DNA of 64,000 nt from contig CAWJJC010000020.1 in the NCBI GenBank assembly GCA_963843145.1, positions 608,001 through 672,000 on the forward strand, written 5' to 3'. The translations under genes and the position numbers were made by a program. Numbering within the stretch: the first letter of the stretch is position 1; every line of letters begins with the position of its first letter. Below are positions 30,486-40,784 of the stretch, piece after piece. Source of the stretch: an uncultured delta proteobacterium. Its GTDB lineage: Bacteria; Desulfobacterota; RBG-13-43-22. The notes under the pieces were generated by a model. That model was given only the letters and a program-made list of their open reading frames with translations, was not told where the DNA came from and ran no database searches.

Positions 30486-30902
30486 GTGCTGATGAAGCGA
30501 CAGGAATGGATGGAGGCAACAGAAAAGCCTTTGGGCTCCTGGGCTGTTTTTATCGGCGAAGATGGACCGAGAACCGAGAAGATTACCGGGCGACTCTATG
30601 TTACCACCCGAAATGTTTATTTTGATGCGGGCATGCGGCTCGATCGGGATGCCGGACTCATGATGGGTGGGGGGAGCCTGGAATTTCAAGATGATGTGGA
30701 GCCTCCTTTCCAGATGATGCAGGAGCGGGCGAAGATCGCCCGGGACCTGATTCAGCAGGTGACCACTTCTCGCAAATGGTTGATCCTCGGTTCATTGCAT
30801 CTGCACCTCCACGGCGGACAGGAATTAATCTTTCGTTTTGGAGCCTGTCCCCTAAGAGGCGCCCTTTCCGCCCTCAAGACCACGAACCTTACAACCGCAT
30901 GA
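30486..30902 (+). CDS. Hypothetical protein, possible PH/GRAM-like fold
   Basis: KITGRLYVTTRNVYF and the terminal beta pattern resemble bacterial PH domains; start uncertain. Confidence 0.55.
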   Translation: MLMKRQEWMEATEKPLGSWAVFIGEDGPRTEKITGRLYVTTRNVYFDAGMRLDRDAGLMMGGGSLEFQDDVEPPFQMMQERAKIARDLIQQVTTSRKWLILGSLHLHLHGGQELIFRFGACPLRGALSALKTTNLTTA

Positions 30903-30990
30903 TCCTGTTCAGGCGGCCTGAGCCCTGAGCCGGGGTCGGACCCAATGCCGTTAACTTAACCGATTTAGTTCTGAAATTCGGCCCGTGCCG

Positions 30991-31467
30991 TCAGCCTGGT
31001 TCCCCGGTGAAAGGTATGCCGGCTTCTTCCAGCGCTTCACGGGCAATTTTCTCGAGTGCCTGTTGTTTGAATTCAAACCACTCGTCCCGTAGGCCATACT
31101 GGTTTACCTTGTCTTTGAAGTACCGAAAGGCACCCCTGCCATGAATGGCGCGCAGCAGATTTTCGGTCGCTTCCTGGTCTGTTTGTGATTGGGCGAAATC
31201 CCGCATTATGGCCCACTCGTTGATCTCGAACTTGTTCGGCAGGGCTATCCATGCCTCGTTATTCAGGATCTCTCTTGCTTTTGCAGCGGATTCCATTTCC
31301 CAATCCGCCAGCTCGTCCCCTTCTTCCCCGCCCTCGGCCAGAGCGGCCTCTTCATCCGAGAACGAATAGATCTCGCCCGTCTCGCGATGGATGTATGCCG
31401 TCCACCCCTCGGGTACCGCCTCTAGCTCTTCAGCCACCTGCTTCAGCGAAACTGGAATTCCCATCAT
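30991..31467 (-). CDS. UPF0158 family protein
   Basis: AYIHRETGEI, LPNKFEINEWAIMRDF, AIHGRGAFRYFKD, LRDEWFEFK. Confidence 0.9.
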   Translation of the reverse strand: MMGIPVSLKQVAEELEAVPEGWTAYIHRETGEIYSFSDEEAALAEGGEEGDELADWEMESAAKAREILNNEAWIALPNKFEINEWAIMRDFAQSQTDQEATENLLRAIHGRGAFRYFKDKVNQYGLRDEWFEFKQQALEKIAREALEEAGIPFTGEPG

Positions 31468-31564
31468 TTAACCTCCTAGAAGCTTCTTTTGGAGGGCAAA
31501 AAGGGCAGTTTAAGTTCTCGTTCCCCTATCACATTTAATATAATTTAGTGAAAATTAAAATAGT

Positions 31565-31749
31565 TCGCTCGGTTGGTTAATCCTTGCTCCAGTTTTAAAC
31601 GGAGGACTTCCTTGATTTTGCGCATCGATAACCTCTCCATAGGTCCTCGGGCCTCCTCTGAACGAGTTTTTAGGGCCCAAGGTATCAAGGGTTATCCCGT
31701 GTCGCTATTTCCTTTCTCCCGGGGTGGCCGGATGGCCGTGGAATACACA
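31565..31749 (-). mobile_element. IS21-family left-end remnant (truncated istA)
   Basis: Minus strand from 31640 reads MERLSMRKIKEVLRLKLEQGLTNR (IstA N-terminal HTH) and then breaks; upstream end GTGTATTCCACGGCCATCCGGCCACC. Confidence 0.8.
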
Positions 31750-31848
31750 CGTAGAGCCCCCTCCCATGAAAACTTAGACGTAACCCCTATTTTTTACTGA
31801 TCATAACCTTGGATTTTTTCGATACACAAGTAATTTTTCGAGGCTCCT

Positions 31849-32060
31849 ATGAAAAATTATTCCAAAGGGTTCGCCCGAGCAATGGAAAAAGTCACAAAGG
31901 TGGCGGAACGTCAAGCGGCTACCCAAGGGAATAAGCAAACTGGTTAGGAAAAGTTTCCAGGTCCAGAGAAAGGCCGCGCAAAAGAAAAAGTCGGAAAGGC
32001 GGGCGGAGGGAGTCGCCCTACGATGGAACCGATCGAGCGGACGGCGAATAAAGATAAGGA
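31849..32060 (+). pseudogene. Relic of a phage/ICE ParB-like (Spo0J-type) gene
   Basis: Reads ...AERQAATQGNKQTG*EKFPGPEKGRAKEKVGKAGGGSRPT, with an in-frame TAG at 31945; resembles the HTH region of mobile-element ParB-like proteins (recognised from memory). Confidence 0.45.
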
Positions 32061-32082
32061 TGGCCCGTTTATTTATGTCCGA

Positions 32083-32876
32083 TTAGATAGTCGAATAAGA
32101 AGACTTTAATGGCCCTATATCTTCCTTTTTCAAAAAAAGTTTACCAATATTGTCTAATTTATTGATAATGAGCGGACCAGTAATAGATTTAGATTTTCGA
32201 TCAAAGTTTGTTGAGATTATTGTGTCGTTATATATTTCCAAAATAACTTGATTTTCGTTATCAACAACAAAAAATTCTTTTTGGTTTTTTGCTTTATTAA
32301 GTCCGATTCCGTAAGAAAACATAATCGACGTAAAAACCAAAAAACCCAAGATTAGGAACAGGCTTTGATACTTGATATTGATGAAACTGAGCAAGTCGTT
32401 GTTAGCGACTTCCATTTCTGTAATTTCTTGCATCCGAAGTTTTTCTAAATAGCCATTTGCTTTTCTTTGAGAGGTTAGGGGAAATAAGAATTCCATAAAA
32501 GCAAAAAAAATAATTAAAATAATAATAACCACCCAAGTAGCTCGATTATCTAAAAAATAGCCAAGTATTAATAAAAAAATAACTACGGAAAAAACATATT
32601 TCAGAGACCTTAAAATTGGACTATCTTTTCGGGGCATAAATTGCACAATTAAATTTATCAAAAGAATAACAAGAAAAGTGCCCCGCATATGGACCCAGCC
32701 GCGATAAAAATTGAAGACAAATTAATTGATATCAACTTTGTGGGAATTCCAAAATAGGTAGCATACCCCGACTCATATGCGAATGTTACCGAATAGGTGA
32801 GCGCGGAAAAACCAGCCAAAATTAAACCTTCTGTGATCAAACGTTGGGAAGTTGAATTCTCTTTTTTCGTGGTCAT
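32083..32876 (-). CDS. AT-rich multi-TM hypothetical membrane protein (frameshift in a T run near 32660)
   Basis: Overlapping ORFs 32658-32876 and 32083-32688 join into one protein of about 265 aa with about 5 TM helices; visibly much lower GC than the backbone. Confidence 0.7.
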
Positions 32877-32904
32877 TACTTGATCCTCCGACGGCAAAAA
32901 GAGG

Positions 32905-33096
32905 CTAATTACGTTTTTTTGGTTTCGATGGTTTCGGTACCGGTCGCGGCTGAGGCTTTATGGCGACTTCCTGTCCTTCAAGCCATTGGATCAGGATTAG
33001 GCGGATCAGGTTTGAAAGGGTGCGGTGATCCGCGTCGGCAATCTTTCTGAGCCGTTCTTCGAGGTCGTCGGGTAGTCGGAGGCCAATTGATCCCAT
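32905..33096 (-). CDS. Ribbon-helix-helix (Arc/CopG) DNA-binding protein
   Basis: IGLRLPDDLEERLRKIADADHRTLSNLIRLIL. Confidence 0.85.
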   Translation of the reverse strand: MGSIGLRLPDDLEERLRKIADADHRTLSNLIRLILIQWLEGQEVAIKPQPRPVPKPSKPKKRN

Positions 33097-33122
33097 GCGG
33101 CAATCAATAACAAAATTTGACC

Positions 33123-33157
33123 TTGACAGCAACGTTAAAATTGTTTAACAATGTCAA
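33123..33157. promoter_or_regulatory. Nested palindromic operator / divergent promoter upstream of the RHH gene
   Basis: TTGACA-gcaac-GTTAAA-attg-TTTAAC-aa-TGTCAA, with a -35 hexamer on each strand. Confidence 0.55.
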
Positions 33158-33823
33158 ACTACCTACCTGGAGGAAAATTAAATAACGAGTTTCCCGAGAC
33201 TTCCAGTTCCGCGATGGCCGGACCGGACCCGCACCCGGCTTGTCGAGTCTCGGGAATGATTAAATCCCGAAACCCGTGAGGGCCGGGCAGCGTCCAGGTG
33301 GGGGACTGGCATTTGGCATTTGGCATTGGGTCGGACCTGACCAATCCCTACAAATTTTAGGGAAAGTACACCATTTAATGCCAATATTTTGCCTCAGAAG
33401 GCCCTTTTGGGAGTTAAAAATGGCCATTTTAACCCTGGTGTTGCACCCCGGTAACTGCCGCTGTTCTCTATCCGTTACTACCATTTTGCTATCGGTATTC
33501 TGCTTAGAAGCTATCCGCCTTTTACCCCACTTCACGACATCCCGTTTATCGCCGGGCCCCCATTCAGGCTTACGCGGAGGCCTCTTTTCCAGCCGAAAGG
33601 CCGCTATCTCCGGAAGGCCGGCATTATGGCCGATCCGGTGCAGGTCATGGTTAGGCCGTGTACTTTAAAATCCGACAGGGTTGAATCAGCACTTCAGCGG
33701 AAATACCTAATCCATCATAGGGGTTTCGAATTATCTATCCGGTCTTAATCCTGGTGGGTTCCGACAAAACTGAATGGTTGGGCCGATTGCCATTTCAAGC
33801 CTATGGTTCGCCAATGCCGGCTG

Positions 33824-34132
33824 TTAAGCCGCACTGGAAAGCGGGTGTACTTCCTTATCCAGGCGATCATCCAGAGCTTCCAGCGCCACTTCCAAATCAT
33901 AATGTGTTTGCAGATTAAGCCAGAATTCCGCTTCCATAGTAAAGAAACGCCCCAGACGGAGTGCCGTGTCGGCGGTTATGGCGCGACGTCCGTGTATGAT
34001 TTCATTTATGCGGCGCGGGGTCAACCCAATATCTTTGGCCAATCGGTACTGGGTCACGCCCATCGGCTCCAGAAATTCTGTCGACAGGATTTCGCCAGGG
34101 TGGATCGGGGGAAAATCACGTTTAGCGTGCAT
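33824..34132 (-). CDS. higA: HigA-family antitoxin (XRE HTH)
   Basis: PIHPGEIL...GVTQYRLA...RINEII.GRRAITADTALRLGRFF...FWLNLQ. Confidence 0.93.
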   Translation of the reverse strand: MHAKRDFPPIHPGEILSTEFLEPMGVTQYRLAKDIGLTPRRINEIIHGRRAITADTALRLGRFFTMEAEFWLNLQTHYDLEVALEALDDRLDKEVHPLSSAA

Positions 34133-34547
34133 TTGGGCGTCTTTGCCGCCGTTCACTGAAGGGACTGTGGCAGCTTGGCGGAAAAATTTCTTTCGCTTGG
34201 CCAATGCCTACCTCACGAAACGAGGGAGGAGTTTAAAATAGAAAAAAGAATTGCGACTGACATTGATAATCCAATTAAAATTAGCTATTTGTCAAATAAA
34301 AAAATACAATTGGCCCAGTAAAAGGGGCAGTAGATCAATTAATATTATGGGACGAAAACGCTGGATGCCGGATCGGGTCCGGCATGACGACTTAAACCGG
34401 ATACGGAAAACATATCAAGGTCGCCATTCCCATGCACGTCGGGGAAGGGATCGGGTCCCTGGCCGACGCTCAACGATTTAAGGAAAGGGCGACGGTCCCG
34501 GTGATCGTTCTGCCGATAGAAAAATAGAATCGGTTCCGGCGCAAAAG

Positions 34548-35057
34548 TCAGGACTTGTCAATGACTTGATCACGCAGCTTGGTCCTTTTCGAGGCGATGT
34601 TCGCTCGGACTCGCTTCAACAAAGGACTTAGGAGCCCATCCTCGCGGGAATCCCGTTCGATCTCCTTGTCCCATTCGTCCGGATGGCCTATCTTCATCAG
34701 GTCACGCACCTTCGGGCGTTTCTTCCGTGCGTTTCCTTGATCGGACAAGGCATACTTGAGCACTTTCCGCTGGTCATTCCTGGTGGTGATTTTTGCGACC
34801 AGGAGATCCCGATGCCGGCGTTCGGAGCAGGCTCTGGCGACGGCGTGGGCAGCATGTTCCCTTTTGAATAGAGTGGCGGTGTCAAGCTGATCACAAAACG
34901 TACCGTCAGACACATTGAGAAAGAGTCGCCAGCGTCCGTTGGGCAGGAGATCGGAATAGATCACATACCGCACCGGGTTATGGAGATCGGCTATACGGGA
35001 TTTAAGCTCACGAATTTCCGCTGGAGACAGCTCCTCATCCTGTTTCTTAAAATTCAT
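34548..35057 (-). CDS. Hypothetical protein with an antitoxin-like C-terminal segment
   Basis: 169-aa ORF in the TA cluster; DEWDKEIERDS resembles a WDxQIExD antitoxin motif. Confidence 0.55.
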   Translation of the reverse strand: MNFKKQDEELSPAEIRELKSRIADLHNPVRYVIYSDLLPNGRWRLFLNVSDGTFCDQLDTATLFKREHAAHAVARACSERRHRDLLVAKITTRNDQRKVLKYALSDQGNARKKRPKVRDLMKIGHPDEWDKEIERDSREDGLLSPLLKRVRANIASKRTKLRDQVIDKS

Positions 35058-35066
35058 AATGATATC

Positions 35067-35345
35067 TCACCGGTAAGCCTCTTCATGGGTCCCGATATTA
35101 ACGGGGATGATCGTTTTTTCGGTAACGATCAATTCGATGGTCACTCGGTAGGTAAAATTTATGGAAACGGAGTGAAGCGATTGCAGTTTTTCTCTCAGGG
35201 AATGAAGACCGAGGGATGGATGTTGGGGGTCCAATTCCAGGAGCTTGAGGGTTTTTTCGTATTGGCCGATCAGGTCCGGATGCTTCTTAAAGAATTGCGA
35301 GGCCCTTTTCGTGTAGCTTTTGGTGAAGATGATTTTATAAGGCAT
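35067..35345 (-). CDS. Type II toxin, RelE/YafQ/ParE superfamily
   Basis: MPYKIIFTKSY...DPQHPSLGLHSL...SVSIN..YRV...NIGTHEEAY; overlaps the antitoxin stop. Confidence 0.88.
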   Translation of the reverse strand: MPYKIIFTKSYTKRASQFFKKHPDLIGQYEKTLKLLELDPQHPSLGLHSLREKLQSLHSVSINFTYRVTIELIVTEKTIIPVNIGTHEEAYR

Positions 35346-35592
35346 CGGCGATACGCCGGATATGTTCTTCAATCGTGTCGCTAAATATTTCCCCTCGTTC
35401 GAGTTCCTTTTTGGTTTCAACGATCGCCGCTTCAAGTTCGCACTCGCGAAGGTGATTGTATGTCTCAAAATCCATGACGACGTACTTGTTTTTGCCCCTT
35501 ACGGTGATCACGGCCGCCTTCTGCTCATCGATGATCGACTCCAGGGCCGATATTCCTCTGGTCTTCAGTTCATTGGCACTAATAGCAGCCAT
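35335..35592 (-). CDS. Phd/YefM-family antitoxin
   Basis: ISANELKTRG...VITVRGKNKYVVMD, upstream of the toxin. Confidence 0.88.
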   Translation of the reverse strand: MAAISANELKTRGISALESIIDEQKAAVITVRGKNKYVVMDFETYNHLRECELEAAIVETKKELERGEIFSDTIEEHIRRIADAL

Positions 35593-35720
35593 TGATTCCC
35601 CCTAATCTGAGTTCTTAAATGCTTTTTCCTTTATTATTAATGATACTCTTAATAATACTGTAAATCGACCTTTTTCTTAACAGTCTCATAATAGAACCGA
35701 CTATCCTCTGGCCTTCATAT

Positions 35721-35804
35721 CGTCATCCCGCAGCGATTTTGGGCGGGAATCCAGTCCCTGCCTTGTGCGATTCTGGATCCCCGATTAAAAACTCGGGGAT
35801 GACG
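35721..35804. repeat. REP-like palindrome (CGTCAT...ATGACG family)
   Basis: CGTCATCCC...ATCCAG...CTGGAT...GGGATGACG; related half copies near 34361-34390 and 36037-36063. Confidence 0.7.
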
Positions 35805-36122
35805 GTCGGTGTATGTACAGGCTATTGTGAGACCGAAAAATAATTGCCGGCCCTTCAGCGACAATGAAAAAATATTCATTTTCTGCGCACTCTGCGGGCT
35901 CTGGGAGAGATGGTCTCTACCTTCTTTCCCGATGACCGGCTTGGGACATTTTACCAAATAATCACCCGGTTCCCCGATCTGGTGGTTCGAAACCCGCTGA
36001 TTCGTTAATTTTTGTTCTCAGGTCAAACGGATAGGCCTGGATTCCCGCCTGCACAGGAATGACTAAATGATATGTATTTTCAAATTGTTACGAATTTAGC
36101 CCCTGCCCTTCTCCTTAAAAAA

Positions 36123-36152
36123 TTGACTTTGCCTCTTTAATCCCATTATATT
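36123..36152 (+). promoter_or_regulatory. Sigma-70-like promoter of the purL operon
   Basis: TTGACT-N18-TATATT. Confidence 0.5.
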
Positions 36153-36275
36153 CAAGACATTCTCTGAGAAATCTGTAAACGAACCGTTTATTCCTCTCGC
36201 CCGTTCCCTCCGATTACTTGAACGCTCAGAATGGCAGAGAGACCTTTTTTCGAACTTCGTCAGGGCAGATAAAAA

Positions 36276-39270
36276 ATGACCAAACGATTAGAGATTACCT
36301 TAAAGCCCGAGCTAAAGGACCCCGAGGGGGAAAACCTGCGGAAAAAGGCCCGAAATTATCTGGGCCTGACCCTGGAGGAGGTCCGCACCCTCCAGGTGCT
36401 GACCTTTGACACCTCGCTGACGGATGAGCAGTTGGAAGACGTCCGGGTTCGAATTTTTACCAATCCGGTAACCCAGGTTTCCTCCTTTGAACCGTTGGCC
36501 AAGGATTTTGACTGGCTGATCTGGATCGGTTTTTTGCCCGGGGTGCGGGACAATGCCGGCAGCACGGCCCTGGAAGCCGTCGAAGCCCTGCTGGGAATCC
36601 GCCTCCCGGAAGGGGAAGCCATTTATACCTCCCGGCAGTATCAACTCAAGGCCCCGCGCTTGAAAAAAAGGCAGGTGGAAAATATCGCCCGGGAATTGCT
36701 GGCCAATGACCTGATCCAGCAGTGGAAGCTTTTTCAGCGGTCCGACTGGGACCCGGAAACCGGGATCGGTTGGCCTGTCTCCAAGGTCGCCCTCCGGCAC
36801 CAGCCCTCGGTTTCAGTGATCCCGGTGGATTCCCTGGACTTCCTGCTAAAGATCAATAAAGAACGGTCCTGGGCCCTGCCGGCCGGGGATTTGAAAGTCA
36901 TTCAAGCCTACTTCAACAAGCCGGAGGTCCAGGCGGCCCGAAAAGCCGTGGGCCTTTCGCAGCCCACCGACGTGGAGCTGGAATACATCTCCCAGGCCCG
37001 GAGCGATCATTGCAATCACAATACTTTTCAGGGCCTTTTTAAGTACCGGGATCTGGATACGGGAGAAGAAGTCCTGATCGATAATCTTTTCAAAACCTTT
37101 ATCGAGGCCCCGACCCTGCAAATCCAAAGGGAAAAAGACTGGGTGGTCTCGGTCCTCTGGGACAATGCCGGCGTGGCCCGCTTTGACGAGCAGCACCATT
37201 ACGTGATTACGGCCGAGACCCATAACAGTCCTTCCAATATGGAACCCTATGGCGGTTCCCTGACCGGGATCGTGGGAGTTTACCGGGACCCACTGGGCAC
37301 GGGCAAAGGGCTCGAAACTCATCATGGGCAGTTACGGGTTCTGCGTTGGCCCGCGGGATTACTCCGGACCGCTTTCACCCCGCCTGCATCCCCGACGGCT
37401 TTTGGACGGGATCATCGAAGGGGTCCGGGACGGGGGGAACAAGAGCGGGATCCCCACTCCTTTCGGACAGGTCTTTTTCCATCCCGGGTATTTAGGGAAA
37501 TGCCTGGTTTTTGTGGCCGCCCTGGGTTTCATGCCGGCCCAAATCAACGGGGAGCCCAGCGACCGGAAACGCACCGAACCGGGAGACCTGATCGTCATGT
37601 GCGGCGGGCGGGTGGGCAAAGACGGGATCCACGGCGTCACCGCCTCCTCGGAGGTCTACAGCGCCGACACCCCGGCCGGTCACGTCCAGATCGGCGACCC
37701 CTACACCCAGAAAAAAATGCACGATTTTCTGCTGGAGGCCCGGGACGAGGGGCTGATTACCTACCTCACCGACAACGGGGGCGGGGGATTGTCCTCCTCG
37801 GTGGGAGAATCGGCCCGTTTCAGCAACGGCTGCGAGGTTTATCTGGACCGGGTGCCCCTGAAATATGACGGGCTGGATCAATGGGAAATCTGGGTCTCCG
37901 AATCCCAGGAACGGATGACCGTGGGCCTGAAACCGGGGTTCTGGGAAAAGTTCCAGGCCCTGGCCCAAAAGCATGACGTGGAAACCACGGTCATCGGCCG
38001 TTATACCGACTCCGGCAAGGTGCATCTCCTTTATCAAGACCGAACCTGCGGTTACGTGGACCTGGATTTTTTGAAAAGCGATTTCCCCCAATGGGTTTTT
38101 GAAGCGGAGTGGCAGCCCCCGGAAAAACGGGGATTTTTTGAACCGGTTTTTCAGGAACCGGCGGATTACGAGGACCTCCTGAAAGACCTGTTCTCCCGGC
38201 CCAATATCGCCTCTAAAAACTGGATCGCCCGTCAATACGACCACGAGGTCCAGGGAGGAAGCGTCCTTAAGCCTCTGGTTGGCAAATACCGGGATATCCC
38301 GGGCGACGCGGTGGTCTTACGGCCTTACCTCCCCTCCCGGCGCGGCCTGGCCTATACTCAGGCCCTCAACCCGACCTACTCGGTCTTGGATACCCAGGCC
38401 ATGGTCGCCGTGACCATCGACGAGGCCGTCCGCCGGCTGCTGGTGGTGGGGGCCGACCTGGAGCAGATCGGGGGAGTGGATAATTTCTGCTGGCCGGCCA
38501 TCCAGTACCACCCTCAAGAGAATCCGGATGGGAAGCTGAAGGCCGCTCAACTGGTGCGGGCCAATCAGGCCCTGAAGGAAGTCTGCCTCCATTTCGGCAT
38601 CCCCCTGCTGTCCGGCAAAGACAGCATGTACGTGGATGGTTATATCCAGGGGCCTTACGGGGAAGCCCACCGGGTTTCCGGCCCGCCTACCCTGCAGTTC
38701 ACCGCCACCGGCGTGGTGGCGGATGTGGTCCAGTGCCTGTCCCTGGATTTTAAATTTCCCGGAGATCTCATCTATATATTAGGGGAGACCCGGGACGAAC
38801 TCGGAGGATCCGAGTATTATGAAATGATGGGCTATGTCGGTCTTCAGGTGCCCCGCTTCCGTGGAGATAAGGAGAGAGACCATTACCGGGTCCTCCAGGA
38901 GGCCATCGGCCAAGGCCTGGTCTCGGCGGCTCACGGGGTTTATCGGGGCGGACTGGGGATCCATCTGATCCTCATGGCCCTGGCCGGGGACCTGGGGTTG
39001 GAAATGGATTTGTCGCGGGTCCCGGCCTCACCTAACCTCCGGCCGGACAAACTACTGTTTTCCGAGACCTGCGGGCGGGTGATCCTGACGGTGGACCCGC
39101 AAAAGCAGGAGGCCTTTGAACACTTGATGGCCGGTTGTATCTGCCGATCGGTGGGGCTGGTGACCAAGATCCGGCGGATAGTGTTCACCCATGAAGGGCA
39201 AAACCTGATTAAAACAAGATTAAAAAACTTTCGGGCCGCCTTCCACCGGCCCTTCGGAGATTTGGTATGA
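36276..39270 (+). CDS. purL: Phosphoribosylformylglycinamidine synthase PurL (PurS-like domains fused), frameshifted near 37310
   Basis: QARSDHCNH and AETHNSPS in the first frame; GNKSGIP, GKDGIHG, DNGGGG, SESQERM, QYDHEVQG and SGKDSM in the second. Confidence 0.95.
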
Positions 39271-40106
39271 ACGGTCCACGGGCGTTGGTCTTAACCGGAT
39301 ACGGGCTGAATTGCGACTGGGAAACCCAGCATAGCCTGACCCTGGCCGGGTTCCAGGCGGATCGGGTTCACATCAGCCAGTTGATCGCTTCCCGAGAGGA
39401 TCGGGATAAAGTCAACCTTCAGGACTATCACCTCCTGGCCCTGGACGGCGGCTTCAGTTGGGGAGACGATCACGGAGCCGGGGTTATTCTGGCCGCCCGA
39501 CTCAAGTATACCTTGCAGGAAGACCTGGAGACCTTTATCTCGGCCGGTAAATTGATCATCGGTATCTGTAACGGCTTTCAGGGCATGGTCAACCTGGGGC
39601 TGCTGCCCGGTTTCGCCGGCGATTATGGGAAAAGATTAGTGGCTTTGATCGCCAATGAGAGTGGAAATTTCCGAAACGACTGGGTGCGGCTGCGGGCCAA
39701 TCCGGATTCTCCCTGTATTTTTACCCGGGGAATTGAAAAAATTGAACTGCCTATCCGCCATGGAGAAGGCCGGTTTTATGCCCCTCCCGAAGTGCTGGAG
39801 CAACTGGTGGCCGGGCAGCAGGTAGCCCTGTCCTATGCCCTGCCGGCGGGAGAAAAGGCCCAGGGCCATTTCCCGGAAAATCCCAACGGCTCCTTGCTGG
39901 ATATCGCCGGGATTTGCGACCCCAGCGGGCGCATTTTCGGGTTGATGCCCCATCCGGAGGCCTTCCATCATTGGACCAACCATCCTCGCTGGACGCTGAT
40001 CAAAGAAGCGCTGCGGCGGGATGGAAAAAGTCTGGAAAAAGAGGAAGGCCAGGGCCTGCGCCTTTTCAAGAACGCCGCCGAATATATTCGCCAGAATTTG
40101 GTATGA
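39267..40106 (+). CDS. purQ: FGAM synthase glutaminase subunit PurQ
   Basis: GYGLNCD, GGFSWGD, GICNGFQ, HGEG, GLMPHPE. Confidence 0.96.
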   Translation: MNGPRALVLTGYGLNCDWETQHSLTLAGFQADRVHISQLIASREDRDKVNLQDYHLLALDGGFSWGDDHGAGVILAARLKYTLQEDLETFISAGKLIIGICNGFQGMVNLGLLPGFAGDYGKRLVALIANESGNFRNDWVRLRANPDSPCIFTRGIEKIELPIRHGEGRFYAPPEVLEQLVAGQQVALSYALPAGEKAQGHFPENPNGSLLDIAGICDPSGRIFGLMPHPEAFHHWTNHPRWTLIKEALRRDGKSLEKEEGQGLRLFKNAAEYIRQNLV

Positions 40107-40136
40107 AAATAGAAACGAATAAGGAATCCTAACCTA

Positions 40137-40784
40137 TTGTTTGTCACCTTTGAAGGAATAGAAGGTTCCGGTAAAACCACCCAGATTAAGCGACTGCGAA
40201 AGGTCCTGAGAGAGCGGGGCTTGTCCTGCCTGGTAACCCGGGAACCGGGGGGAACGGCCATCGGAAAGCAGATCCGAACAATTTTGCTGGATCAGCACAA
40301 CAAAAGCATCCAGCCGAAAACGGAGCTGTTCCTTTACCTGGCCGACCGCTGCCAGCATGTGGCCGAAAAAATCCAACCGGCGCTCATCCGGGGGGATTGG
40401 GTGATCTGCGACCGTTTTTGGGATGCTACGCTGGTTTACCAGGGCTTGGCCCGGGGACTGAACCTGAGGACCCTGGAAAAGCTGCGCCCCCTGGTATTGA
40501 ATTCCCTGGTTCCGGACCTGACCTTTTTGCTGGACTGTCCGGTCACTATCGGCCTGCCTCGGGCCTGGAAAAGAATCCAGCGGTCCGCTCAGGGTCTGCG
40601 GGAGTCCCGCTTTGAAGAAGAGGCCCAGGCCTTTCACGAAAAAATCCGGCAGGGGTATTTGGTTCTGGCTCGGCGGGAACCCCGGCGCTTCCGGGTTCTG
40701 GACGCCACCCAGCTCCCTGAAAAAATTCACCAGGAAATCCAGCGGCATCTTTTTCCAAAGGACCCCGGCACCCATGTCTTTTAA
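40137..40784 (+). CDS. tmk: Thymidylate kinase
   Basis: TFEGIEGSGKTTQ, TREPGG, CDRF, YQG. Confidence 0.96.
   Translation: MFVTFEGIEGSGKTTQIKRLRKVLRERGLSCLVTREPGGTAIGKQIRTILLDQHNKSIQPKTELFLYLADRCQHVAEKIQPALIRGDWVICDRFWDATLVYQGLARGLNLRTLEKLRPLVLNSLVPDLTFLLDCPVTIGLPRAWKRIQRSAQGLRESRFEEEAQAFHEKIRQGYLVLARREPRRFRVLDATQLPEKIHQEIQRHLFPKDPGTHVF

Larger units (their letters stand above)
30943..33328. mobile_element. Putative non-autonomous cargo cassette bounded by family B (IS4-like) ends
   Basis: Intact left TIR at 30943-30959; degenerate right end GGCATTG at 33322-33328; identical 9-mer GGTCGGACC at 30934-30942 and 33329-33337. Confidence 0.5.

Noticed and set aside
33276-33800. ORFs 33276-33668 (+) and 33260-33535 (-)
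   Set aside because: No RBS or recognisable motifs, and they cross the putative cassette end; probably decayed non-coding DNA.
37300-37325. Programmed frameshift in purL
   Set aside because: No slippery heptamer or stimulator, and I know of no precedent; a one-base excess in a G run fits a sequencing error.
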